Source of the DNA: an uncultured bacterium
GTDB lineage: Bacteria > Patescibacteriota > Minisyncoccia > Phycocordibacterales > UBA9973
Direction: 5' to 3'
DNA length: 64,000 bases
Assembly: GCA_937903035.1 (NCBI GenBank)
Contig: CALCZP010000004.1
Coordinates: 84,465-148,464, forward strand
Positions 30,016 to 42,379 of this stretch are shown in pieces; position 1 is the stretch's first letter, and the number at the start of each line of letters is the position of its first letter. The translations under genes were made by a program, and so were the position numbers. The notes below the pieces were generated by a model. The model was not told the DNA's origin. It did not search any database and saw nothing but the letters and a program-made list of their open reading frames with translations.

Positions 30016-30597
30016 TTATTTCTTTTTCGCCGCAGCTTTCTTTGGAGCTACTTTTTTCGGAGAAGCTTTCGTAGCTACCTTTTTTGCAGCAGGCTTTGCT
30101 TTTTCTTTTGGAGCTTCTACTTTCGCAGGAGCAACTTTCGGAGCTTCAGCCTTTGGAGTCTGTTTGCCAGATTCCATTGCACTCATGAGCTTGTCGAGCT
30201 TGGTGTTTACCACTTCAAGCTGACGCTTGAGTTCATCAATCCGAGTATCAGGTGCAGCTGGTGCACTATATGCAGGCTTTGAGTACGCAGGCTTCTCGTA
30301 TGATGAGTTACCGTAGTCGCGCTTTGCGAATCCTGAAGTTGGAGCATCTGTCTTGTGACCACCGAAACAGTCATTACAGTACACAGGCTTTTCACCAGTT
30401 GGGCGAAATGGCACTTCGCACATCTTGCCACAGTCATCACACTTTGCCTTGTGCATTGGACGATCAAAGTCACGTCCGCCGCCAAAGCCTCCGCGACCAC
30501 CACCAAATGATGGACGTCCGCCAAAACTTTTCTTTTCAAAGCGACCACCTCCGCGACGTTCGTCGCCAAATCCATTGTTTTTCTTAAAATCTTTCAT
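30016..30597 (-). CDS. Gly/Arg-rich protein with a CxxC...CxxC zinc-ribbon and a Lys/Ala/Pro-rich basic tail
   Basis: RGG/FGGG repeats, CDDCGKMCEVPFRPTGEKPVYCNDCF, and a histone-like KKAAAKKK tail. Confidence 0.5.
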   Translation of the reverse strand: MKDFKKNNGFGDERRGGGRFEKKSFGGRPSFGGGRGGFGGGRDFDRPMHKAKCDDCGKMCEVPFRPTGEKPVYCNDCFGGHKTDAPTSGFAKRDYGNSSYEKPAYSKPAYSAPAAPDTRIDELKRQLEVVNTKLDKLMSAMESGKQTPKAEAPKVAPAKVEAPKEKAKPAAKKVATKASPKKVAPKKAAAKKK

Positions 30598-30733
30598 TTG
30601 TTTAAATAGTGTTAGTTATTATATATATGATACTGAGCCTGTCGGGCTATTGCCATAATCCCGAAAGTATAGTCTATTATGCATTATTTTGCAAGGACCC
30701 CGAGCAGTTGGTGTGCTATACTCGCCCCATTAT

Positions 30734-31447
30734 ATGAAAACGACGACCAGTACACTCCCTGACGGCTATGAACGCCTCGAGCGTGCCCTTGCACATGCTG
30801 GGCTTGCTTCTCGTCGCGAAGCCAAGGATCTCATTGTCCGTGGCAAAGTCTCTGTCAATGGCAAAGTCATCCGTGAGACGGGCTATGGCATCAAGCTTGG
30901 TGAAGACAAAGTTGAAGTCGTAGGTAATCCTATTGCGACCAAAGAGTCGGTCCTCATCTACAAACCTCGCGGCATTGAGACGACCAAAACACTTCCGACC
31001 TCAAAGGATATTCATGACGAATTTCCGCAGTACGCGCACCTCTCACCCATCGGTCGCCTCGACAAAGAGTCAGAAGGTCTCATCATCCTCTCAAACGATG
31101 GTACACTCACCAAAGCTATCACCGGTCTCGACTCAAATGTCTCCAAGACCTACCTCGTCACGACACGCGAAGCAGTATCTGATAGCGCACTCAAACGTAT
31201 GACGAACGGTATCGCCATTGATGGTGTCATGACCAAGCATGCACAGACCGAACGCCGATCGCCCTCAAGCTTCATGATCACCCTTCATGAAGGACGTAAA
31301 CATCAGATCCGCCGTATGTGTGATGCACTCCACCTCACCATCGAATCCCTCATCCGCGTCAGCATCGGCCACCTCCAAAAAGGCTCAATGAAAGCAGGTT
31401 CAAGTAAGAAACTTGCTGCCGCAGATATCAGCAAGTTGAAGCAATAA
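30734..31447 (+). CDS. pseudouridine synthase, RsuA/RluB family (S4 domain plus PseudoU_synth_2)
   Basis: S4 domain (LERALAHAGLASRREAK) and catalytic-Asp context HLSPIGRLDKESEGLIIL. Confidence 0.85.
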   Translation: MKTTTSTLPDGYERLERALAHAGLASRREAKDLIVRGKVSVNGKVIRETGYGIKLGEDKVEVVGNPIATKESVLIYKPRGIETTKTLPTSKDIHDEFPQYAHLSPIGRLDKESEGLIILSNDGTLTKAITGLDSNVSKTYLVTTREAVSDSALKRMTNGIAIDGVMTKHAQTERRSPSSFMITLHEGRKHQIRRMCDALHLTIESLIRVSIGHLQKGSMKAGSSKKLAAADISKLKQ

Positions 31448-31476
31448 AAAAGCCCTACTCTTGTAGGGCTTTTATT
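31446..31476. terminator. hairpin AGCCCTAC-tctt-GTAGGGCT plus T-run
   Basis: Immediately after the pseudouridine synthase stop. Confidence 0.6.
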
Positions 31477-32444
31477 GCTGTAAGGTCAGTAATTTTTGCT
31501 TTTTCAGATTCTTCAACAATCGTAAGAACTTCTTCTATACCAAAAAAGCTCAACATTTCTGCACGAACAGGAACAAAAGGTATTGAAACTTCGGTATATG
31601 ACAAGTCAGGAAACGAAATGGCTTCGAACCATGGTCCTATACTCAAGAAGTCCTTATCGGGAGAATATTTTGTCGTATCAACTAAACCATTACCCCTTTT
31701 TGCCTCCTTGTTGATCCAACCAAGAAAATCTTGATTGAGTTTATCAACGTCATTGGTAACCAAAGAATAGATTTTTTTCTTACCCTGTTCTGCAACAAAC
31801 CTTGTCCTTTCAAAAAAATCATCCGATTCAAACATCATGAATGATGATGGAATTTTACCAAATACCTCCATCTCACTTTCAAGTCCAATCTTAATGATTC
31901 CTTCAATTTTCCAAAGAATACGAAGTAGTTCTGATTGCACCTTTGCCGCTTCAACCCGATTTTCGATGAAAACTTCCAACATAGTCTGTATCGATTTTTC
32001 AGGAGAAAGACTATTCGTCTCACCATGCCGTTTCCAATCAATACAAAGCAGGAGTTTGAAATCATCTCTCTTTTTTCTAAGTTGAACAATTAAGTCTCGT
32101 GCCATTTTGCATTTAGACATAGTACTTTCATGGTCACTGATCGAAGAGCGTATCTTTCGATCTCTCCGCTTTTCTTCTAAGTCTTCCATGGTTGATGGAC
32201 TTTTTCGTCCCCTTCTTTTAACCATGGTAAGCAAGTCTGTTTTTTCTTCTTTGGTGAGGTTGTAATGAGCATCAAGGCGTTCGATATTTTCTATTGAAAT
32301 ACCGGCATCTTCCTTGAGCAGAACAACCCACAAATAAGTAAGACTCATTGCTTTGCCATAGAGTGTTTGAAGTAGTCCAGCTTCCTGAACTTCCGTAGCA
32401 GAAACGTTACGTTTTTTAAGGAATCTATTCAAGGCGTTTGCCAT
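31455..32444 (-). CDS. hypothetical protein (AT-rich gene)
   Basis: 329 aa with no recognisable motif. It is visibly AT-richer than its neighbours. Confidence 0.45.
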   Translation of the reverse strand: MANALNRFLKKRNVSATEVQEAGLLQTLYGKAMSLTYLWVVLLKEDAGISIENIERLDAHYNLTKEEKTDLLTMVKRRGRKSPSTMEDLEEKRRDRKIRSSISDHESTMSKCKMARDLIVQLRKKRDDFKLLLCIDWKRHGETNSLSPEKSIQTMLEVFIENRVEAAKVQSELLRILWKIEGIIKIGLESEMEVFGKIPSSFMMFESDDFFERTRFVAEQGKKKIYSLVTNDVDKLNQDFLGWINKEAKRGNGLVDTTKYSPDKDFLSIGPWFEAISFPDLSYTEVSIPFVPVRAEMLSFFGIEEVLTIVEESEKAKITDLTAIKALQE

Positions 32445-32529
32445 AAAATTATATTTTAGTTTAGCTTACTCTACCCTATTTATTGACAAAGTCAAGTTTA
32501 GATTGTAAGGTATTAAAAACGTAAAAACA

Positions 32530-33078
32530 ATGATCTATCCATTAAAAGACTACCCGTCGGTAGCAACAGATGTTTTGGCATTTCAAAAGGAGTTTACTAT
32601 AGGATTATTCAACACCGTATATTATCCATGCTCAGCACATGATGCATCTCTCTTTTTTACCCTAAAAGAAAGCCGGGTCATACATGTCGACACTGACAAA
32701 AACGTTATTGAAACGTTGCATTCGATTGGAGCAGAAGCTTATGAACATTCTGTACTTGATTTTGAACTTTTTACAGAGACTGGTAAAAAGGCAGACTTTC
32801 TCCATATATTGAATCCACAAGTGGTGATTGATGAACATTTTATTGAAAACTGCTTAAACATTGGAGGGTACTGTATGTGTAATAACTATCACAAGACAGC
32901 AGAGCAGGTTGGTACAGTTAGTACCATGAAATCTTTAGGTGTAATGAAAGATGGTGTGTTACTGCAAGAAACAATGCCTGAGATTTTTAAAAAGATTGCT
33001 AAGTACAGAATAGATACTCCAGTTTCGATGTTTACACCGTACATGGATCACCGATTTCTATTCCAAAAAACATCTTAG
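32530..33078 (+). CDS. hypothetical protein (divergent partner, AT-rich)
   Basis: 182 aa with no recognisable motif. A strong terminator follows. Confidence 0.45.
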   Translation: MIYPLKDYPSVATDVLAFQKEFTIGLFNTVYYPCSAHDASLFFTLKESRVIHVDTDKNVIETLHSIGAEAYEHSVLDFELFTETGKKADFLHILNPQVVIDEHFIENCLNIGGYCMCNNYHKTAEQVGTVSTMKSLGVMKDGVLLQETMPEIFKKIAKYRIDTPVSMFTPYMDHRFLFQKTS

Positions 33079-33086
33079 TTCTATCT

Positions 33087-33119
33087 ATGACCCACTGAGA
33101 AAAGGTGGGTCATTTTTTA
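33087..33119. terminator. bidirectional hairpin ATGACCCAC-tgagaaaag-GTGGGTCAT plus T6
   Basis: 9-bp stem. Shared by the convergent genes at 32530-33078 and 33117-34589. Confidence 0.7.
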
Positions 33120-34589
33120 TTTCTCTAAATCAAGGATTTCGTCGATGCGGATTTGTGAGACGAATTCTGGCACGTGCGAGACGAGGATCATACCTCCCGC
33201 AAATCCACTGAGTGCCTTGGCAATCACCGGCAAGTGACGGAAGTTGATGTGATTGGTCGGCTCATCGAGAATGAGGAGTCCTGGCTCCAGAAACACGAGC
33301 GCAGCAAATGCCACGAGCCCCTTCTGCCCTTCTGAGAGTGCGCCGACTTTCACATGCATGTACTCTGCAGTGATAAGGAAGCTTGATGCAACACTTCGCA
33401 TGCGCTCTTCGTTAAATCTCGCACCGGAAGCTTCCATGGCGCGCTTGAGTGCCTGATGCACACTGTCTTCAAAGTTGAGTGTTGAGAAATCCTGTCGATA
33501 ATAGCCGACACGGATACCCTTAGCAATCTTTGCCCCCGGTGCCTTGCCAGTGGCGAGCGACTCGAGCAGTGTTGACTTGCCAATGCCGTTGGGACCACGA
33601 AGTAAAAGATGCTGATTGCGTTTGAGCGAGATGGCAGTCTTGCGCTCGACAATCTTGTGATCACGCATGATGGTGAAGCTTTTGATATCCATGATCTCTC
33701 CGATCATGTCGGTCTGAGTCGGGATGGTGAATGGACGGATAGTCTTGTCTTCTTTGCGAACATCCACGATATCTTCCTCAAGCTCTTCTGCTTTTTCACG
33801 CATACGCTTTGCCACAAGTCGCATCTGACCACCTTTGTAGGCGAACTGGTTAGCCTTTGCTTTTTTCGCCTGAATCTCTTTTGCGAGCTGCGCGTTTTTC
33901 ATGTTTTCCTTTTCGATACGTACCGTGATATCGCGAAGCACGTCGTGATAGTTACCAACATACTGTTCGATCTTGCGGCTATAGACGTCGAGATAGAGGA
34001 CACCCTCGGTAAAGGCATTGAGAAACTCTGCATCATGGGAAATCACAATAACGGTCTTTTTGTAGTCGATGAGAAATTTTGTGAGATGTTCAATTCCTGC
34101 TTTGTCGAGATTGTTGGTCGGCTCATCGAGCAAGAGCAAGTCAGGATTTTGGATGAGTGCTGATGCAAGGAGGAGTCGTGCCTGCTGCCCACCAGAAAAT
34201 GAATTAATGATACGATCGTGGACATTTTTGTGCCCCGTGAGGTTCACGACCTCCAGAACTTCATCAATCCGTGGATCGATATCGTAGATTTTGTCTTTGA
34301 AAAATGACTGGAAAAATTCTCGTACCGTCTGCGTCATTTGGTCACGCGGAATCACCTGCTTTGCGATTGCCACACTCGTCCCGCGTACGATATTGATGGT
34401 GCCACTCTCAGGTTTGAGTACGCCAGTGAGGAGTCCAAAGATCGTACTTTTGCCAGCACCGTTTTGTCCCATAAGCGTGATCTTGGCACCCTTTCTGATC
34501 GACAAATCTACCGCATCGAGGATGGGCTTGGTGGCACTATATTCAAATGTGAGTCCTTCAAATCGGACAATGGTCTCGGCCTTTGACAT
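33117..34589 (-). CDS. ABC-F family ATPase (two ABC cassettes, no TM domain; EttA/Uup-like)
   Basis: Two Walker A motifs (GQNGAGKST, GPNGIGKST) and two LSGGQ-like signatures. Start placed at ATG 34589. Confidence 0.85.
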   Translation of the reverse strand: MSKAETIVRFEGLTFEYSATKPILDAVDLSIRKGAKITLMGQNGAGKSTIFGLLTGVLKPESGTINIVRGTSVAIAKQVIPRDQMTQTVREFFQSFFKDKIYDIDPRIDEVLEVVNLTGHKNVHDRIINSFSGGQQARLLLASALIQNPDLLLLDEPTNNLDKAGIEHLTKFLIDYKKTVIVISHDAEFLNAFTEGVLYLDVYSRKIEQYVGNYHDVLRDITVRIEKENMKNAQLAKEIQAKKAKANQFAYKGGQMRLVAKRMREKAEELEEDIVDVRKEDKTIRPFTIPTQTDMIGEIMDIKSFTIMRDHKIVERKTAISLKRNQHLLLRGPNGIGKSTLLESLATGKAPGAKIAKGIRVGYYRQDFSTLNFEDSVHQALKRAMEASGARFNEERMRSVASSFLITAEYMHVKVGALSEGQKGLVAFAALVFLEPGLLILDEPTNHINFRHLPVIAKALSGFAGGMILVSHVPEFVSQIRIDEILDLEK

Positions 34590-34597
34590 GTCCCACA

Positions 34598-35743
34598 CTA
34601 TAGCGGGTTTTGGGCATTTGGCCTAGTCTTTGCACCGATTGCTTCAGCGATATTACTATAGCCGTCACGTGTGAGCATATGCGCAATACCCTCGTTGATG
34701 ACACCTATTTGTTGCGGGCCCTCATAGACCATACCGGTGATGAGCTGGACAAGGGATGCTCCTGCACAGATTCTGTCGTATGCATCCTCTGCACTAAATA
34801 CTCCACCGACGCCGACAAAGACAAACCGTGCATGATATCGCTCATACGCATGACGAAGAAGTTCAGTGGACTGTGCAGCGAGCGGTTTACCACTGAAGTT
34901 ACCCACACCCGCAGCAGCTATCTCGCACGTATCAAATGCTGGATTACTGCGATCCTTGGCAAGGTTGGCAAAAACAAAACCTCGAACAAACTCATACCGT
35001 ACTGCAACAGCAATCAGTGCGTCCATCTCATCAACCGTACGTTCAAGCGGCATTTTAATAAACACTGGACGACTAATACCAAGCGGTGCGAGCATTTCGA
35101 GTGTCTGTCGAAGTCCATCAACACTTGCAAGACTTCCGTTGAGGTTTCTAGTATTGAGTAAGTTTGGACAGCTAATATTGAGCTCAAAATAATCAAACGT
35201 ATGGTAGGTATTCGCAAGACGAAATCCTTCGACAAGGTTTGCAACCATCGATGCAAAGTCAGCATAGGGTTTGTTGGTCGCACCAATACTCACACCGCGC
35301 ATGGATGCACCTGATCGTGGAGGTACCTGGTCGAGCACTGATACAACGCCGTCATTCTTAAATCCTTTGTTCACCAGAAGTGACTTTGATTTGGGGAGAC
35401 GACCAAGCATCGGTGGCGGGTTTCCTTCATATGACTCTGCAGTAAGTGTTCCGATAGTATGAAATCCAAAGCCGACACTCGGAAGTATCTGTACAAGATC
35501 TGCATTGTAATCAAACCCGGCCGAAAGACCGATAGGGTTTTGCATGTGCATACCGGCAACATCCTGCACAAGCATCGGGCTGTCATATCGCCACAATACA
35601 CTGACAATCCTACGCATCAACGGATATGCCCCCAGTATCCGCCCCGTCCTGAGAAACAAATGATGAACAGTATCAGCAGGAAACAAAAAAAGGATTGGCT
35701 TGACGAGATGTCGATAGATAATGCCGGTGCCAATCTTTTTCAT
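34598..35743 (-). CDS. pyrD: dihydroorotate dehydrogenase (quinone-type, family 2)
   Basis: GLSAGFDYN, NISCPN and GVGGV motifs. Confidence 0.85.
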   Translation of the reverse strand: MKKIGTGIIYRHLVKPILFLFPADTVHHLFLRTGRILGAYPLMRRIVSVLWRYDSPMLVQDVAGMHMQNPIGLSAGFDYNADLVQILPSVGFGFHTIGTLTAESYEGNPPPMLGRLPKSKSLLVNKGFKNDGVVSVLDQVPPRSGASMRGVSIGATNKPYADFASMVANLVEGFRLANTYHTFDYFELNISCPNLLNTRNLNGSLASVDGLRQTLEMLAPLGISRPVFIKMPLERTVDEMDALIAVAVRYEFVRGFVFANLAKDRSNPAFDTCEIAAAGVGNFSGKPLAAQSTELLRHAYERYHARFVFVGVGGVFSAEDAYDRICAGASLVQLITGMVYEGPQQIGVINEGIAHMLTRDGYSNIAEAIGAKTRPNAQNPL

Positions 35744-35752
35744 ACTAGATAG

Positions 35753-36565
35753 CTAGTTTGTAAGCACTTCTTCATGAACACGAGTGAGTCCATGCATATG
35801 TGCAGTAGTGACAATCCGTCGCATCATACGAACGGCTTCAACAGGATACTTGCCGGACGCACTTTCTTCGGAAAGCATGACTGCAAACGCACCTTCAAGC
35901 ACCGCTGTTGCAACATCAGTAACCTCTGCACGGGTCGGCACCGGATGTTCTGCCATTGAGAGCATCATTTGTGTCGCAACAATAACTGGCGTTTCTGAAG
36001 CCTGCGCCATAGTAATAATATCTGCTTGTACAAACGGAATTTCCTCAAGCGGAACCTCGTTCCCGAGATCCCCACGCGCAACCATCACCATATCACTCGC
36101 ACTGATAATTTCCTGCATATGATCCACTGCAATCGATCGTTCGATCTTGGCAACGACACGCTGGGTGCCACCACAGGTATCAACATAGGCACGACATGCG
36201 ATAACATCCGCAGCAGATCCAACAAATGACAATGCGAAATAATCAACACCAAGCTCAACACCAACAGCAATGAGCTCTTTGTCATGATCGGTTAGACATG
36301 ACACTTCATCCTTGTGATAGGTATGAGTGGCACCCTCCTGAATGCGGGGGCCAGGCAAATCAGCTAGTACCTTTACCGTTCGATTGGCACGTACGATTGC
36401 TGAGTGGATCAATCCGACAGTGACACGAAATTCGGGTGCTTTTTCCCAGGAGAGATTGATACGAAAGATATCAACCCCAGCCTCAATCAATGCAACCAGC
36501 AAATCTTCGGTATGTGACGACGGGCCGATTGTTGCGATAATCTGTGTATTTGGAAGTGTTTTCAT
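35753..36565 (-). CDS. pyk: pyruvate-kinase-like protein, catalytic barrel only (no C-terminal regulatory domain)
   Basis: IIATIGPSS, DIFRINLS, LPGPRIQ, DYFALSFV, KIER and MVARGDLG motifs. The protein ends right after the A-domain. Confidence 0.75.
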   Translation of the reverse strand: MKTLPNTQIIATIGPSSHTEDLLVALIEAGVDIFRINLSWEKAPEFRVTVGLIHSAIVRANRTVKVLADLPGPRIQEGATHTYHKDEVSCLTDHDKELIAVGVELGVDYFALSFVGSAADVIACRAYVDTCGGTQRVVAKIERSIAVDHMQEIISASDMVMVARGDLGNEVPLEEIPFVQADIITMAQASETPVIVATQMMLSMAEHPVPTRAEVTDVATAVLEGAFAVMLSEESASGKYPVEAVRMMRRIVTTAHMHGLTRVHEEVLTN

Positions 36566-36572
36566 GTAGAAT

Positions 36573-40262
<3,690 letters not shown>

Positions 40263-40352
40263 ACCGCCACTATAGCATCATACGAAGAAAAGTGGATTAT
40301 TTGAGACTTTTGGCATATACTTGACCTATCTTATTAGCAAATAACTAGTCAT

Positions 40353-40490
40353 ATGGGAAAAAGAGATACGTCACTCGGCGCAAAAGTTAAATCAAAAGGA
40401 TCACACAAGACTGCAAAAAGACTTGCTGTAAAAAAAGAAATGCTCGCCAAGAAAGCAGCAAAAAAGATTCCTGCAAAGAAAAAGAAATAA
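40353..40490 (+). CDS. small Lys-rich basic protein (45 aa), not in the ORF track
   Basis: ATG at 40353, MGKRDTSLGAKVKSKGSHKTAKRLAVKKEMLAKKAAKKIPAKKKK, stop 2 nt before a strong terminator. Confidence 0.3.
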   Translation: MGKRDTSLGAKVKSKGSHKTAKRLAVKKEMLAKKAAKKIPAKKKK

Positions 40491-40491
40491 C

Positions 40492-40518
40492 AAAAAGCCC
40501 TCGATCGAGGGCTTTTTG
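40492..40518. terminator. hairpin AAAAAGCCCTCGATCGAGGGCTTTTT
   Basis: Palindrome with a GATC centre. It is a near-copy of the 9007-9048 hairpin core. Confidence 0.7.
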
Positions 40519-40522
40519 TTAT

Positions 40523-40939
40523 AACATTCTCTTCTTATGTTTCTATCGAAACATCCGCGAGGCAAATTCTTTTGCATGTGGAGTATTAAATTCGTCTTCT
40601 TGGTTGCCTTTTAAAGGGCAATCCGCGAAGCGAATTCGAGCTCTGTAAAGAGTAAGCTTCGCTTCCTTTTACAGACTCTAATTCGGCTGACTGTCACGGT
40701 TGTGAACTTGTAGGGTGAGACCGTTCAACACCTTTTGGAGTCCCTTCTACTCCTTATATGAGGCGTCTCGGTCTCAAGGCTTTTTTTACAAATGAAGCAA
40801 ACAAAGCGTTTTCTAACTGTCTCGGTCACTGTCTCATTTAGATTTTAATGCCTATTCTCCGCTTATTGTAGAATATGGATATTTTAGCGAAATGAGACAA
40901 AACGAGACACTTTGGAGCTTATTGAAATCATGTCTCGTT
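40523..40939. other. 417-bp noncoding region rich in direct and inverted repeats (candidate ncRNA, regulatory, or junction region)
   Basis: Direct repeats ATCCGCGA(G/A)GC(A/G)AATTC at 40552-69 and 40621-37, nested hairpins at 40603-20 and 40641-78, several GTCTC(G)-containing repeats, and IR pairs 40831-40/40891-900 and 40897-908/40931-42. Confidence 0.3.
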
Positions 40940-41374
40940 TTAAGACTGAAACTCTACCTCAAACGGATACATTCCCATTCCGCACGATCCCTTAAGGGTA
41001 CCGATTTTCCCACTGCCGATATCAATATCTGTTGACCCTGATTGAGGCAATGATTTTGTTATATCCAAACTAGGAATACGGATTGAAGATGAGCAATCAA
41101 AAGTCCCTTTTGTATTGAATCGAATGATAGTCGGAATACCTGCCTTGGCAATGCTCTTACGAGGTTGATATCCGCCTCTAGCGGTTATCTCAATAATCTG
41201 TTTTCCGTCTACAACACTGACATTATTTGCATTTATAACTTGCCCAGTATCACCACCGTCTCGCGTGAATATGAAAGCTCCCCCGATGAGAACTACTGCC
41301 ACGATAATTGAAATAATAGTTGCTTTCATAATTGAAATTATACTAGAAATTAAAGACTGGTGGTATAACCCCAA
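40940..41374 (-). CDS. cupredoxin-like copper-binding protein, membrane anchored
   Basis: 144 aa with an N-terminal TM segment and a C-terminal GSCGMGMYPFEV-type motif. It sits in the copper locus. Confidence 0.45.
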   Translation of the reverse strand: MGLYHQSLISSIISIMKATIISIIVAVVLIGGAFIFTRDGGDTGQVINANNVSVVDGKQIIEITARGGYQPRKSIAKAGIPTIIRFNTKGTFDCSSSIRIPSLDITKSLPQSGSTDIDIGSGKIGTLKGSCGMGMYPFEVEFQS

Positions 41375-42374
41375 TCACGACCAAGCTATTAATGAGATTG
41401 AATACTGCAAACATAATGACTATCAATCCAGCGGTTTTGAAAAAAATTCCTGCTTTCGAACTTTTTTGGATACTGAACGAGCTGAAACTAATGAGTGCCA
41501 GAACTGGCAACGTACCAAGTGCGAACGCAAGCATGGTTAGTCCTCCAGTGACGAAACTTCCTGTGGTAAGCGTGTAGAGTTGCATGGATTGCGTAAAGCC
41601 ACACGGTAAGAAGAATGTCGCCACACCAACAAGAAGCGGAGTAAGAGTGTGGTTGAATTTCGACACACCGTGAGCATGCTTAGCAATAAACTTCGGCATC
41701 GACGGCTGAAGTTTTTTTGCCCAATGAAAAGTATCAAGGAGATTGATACCTAGAATGAGCATGACGATGCCGATGATTAGACTCAAAATAAATGTTGCCG
41801 AGGTGTTGAGCGTAAATGCTGATCCGATAACACCTATTACTCCACCAAGTATAAAGAATGATGCAATACGGCCACCATGGAACATGAGTTGAGGTTTTAT
41901 CTTGTCACCTTCTTTAGCAAACGTAGCAGACATCGAGAGAACCAGCCCACCAACAACCGCCATACAGGTTGAGAGTGAAGCGACAATACCAATGACAAAC
42001 GCCGTCCCATAGGTTACGTTTCCAGCACTCACAAGATTTACTATGCCCATTTTTTGCAACACCACAAAGAGCACTGCGAAGCCCAGAGCTATCGGGATTG
42101 CAATTTTGAAGTCCTTCCATTGGGCACTACGCTGTTGTTTTTCAACAGAAATTGTATAGCCGTGAGGCTTGAGAGGTATGGTAAGTTCTTGAGCGATTTG
42201 TTCTGGAGTTTTGTGTCCAAAATTACCAGTAACTTCTACCGAATGATTGCTGAGAATCGATTTAACATGAGTGATATTTGGCATGTCGCCAAGCTCACTT
42301 TCTATCATGAGTACACACGCATTACAGTGCATACCGTGTACATGAAAATTGTATTTTTGTGTTTGTGTAGTCAT
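41343..42374 (-). CDS. heavy-metal-associated (HMA) domain fused to a DsbD_2/CcdA-like polytopic membrane domain
   Basis: N-terminal HMA with GMHCNAC. The membrane domain carries conserved Cys in TM helices (LSTCMAV, FFLPCGFTQ). Confidence 0.55.
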   Translation of the reverse strand: MTTQTQKYNFHVHGMHCNACVLMIESELGDMPNITHVKSILSNHSVEVTGNFGHKTPEQIAQELTIPLKPHGYTISVEKQQRSAQWKDFKIAIPIALGFAVLFVVLQKMGIVNLVSAGNVTYGTAFVIGIVASLSTCMAVVGGLVLSMSATFAKEGDKIKPQLMFHGGRIASFFILGGVIGVIGSAFTLNTSATFILSLIIGIVMLILGINLLDTFHWAKKLQPSMPKFIAKHAHGVSKFNHTLTPLLVGVATFFLPCGFTQSMQLYTLTTGSFVTGGLTMLAFALGTLPVLALISFSSFSIQKSSKAGIFFKTAGLIVIMFAVFNLINSLVVIGVIPPVFNF

Positions 42375-42379
42375 GGTAA

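Noticed and set aside
40523-40939. tmRNA, SRP RNA or RNase P RNA in the repeat-rich noncoding region
   Set aside because: None of the conserved segments I know was found: the tmRNA 3' GGACGGGGGTTCGA...CCA end, the SRP GGAAGCAGCCAAGGCAG, and the RNase P AGGAAAGTCCGGGCTCC.
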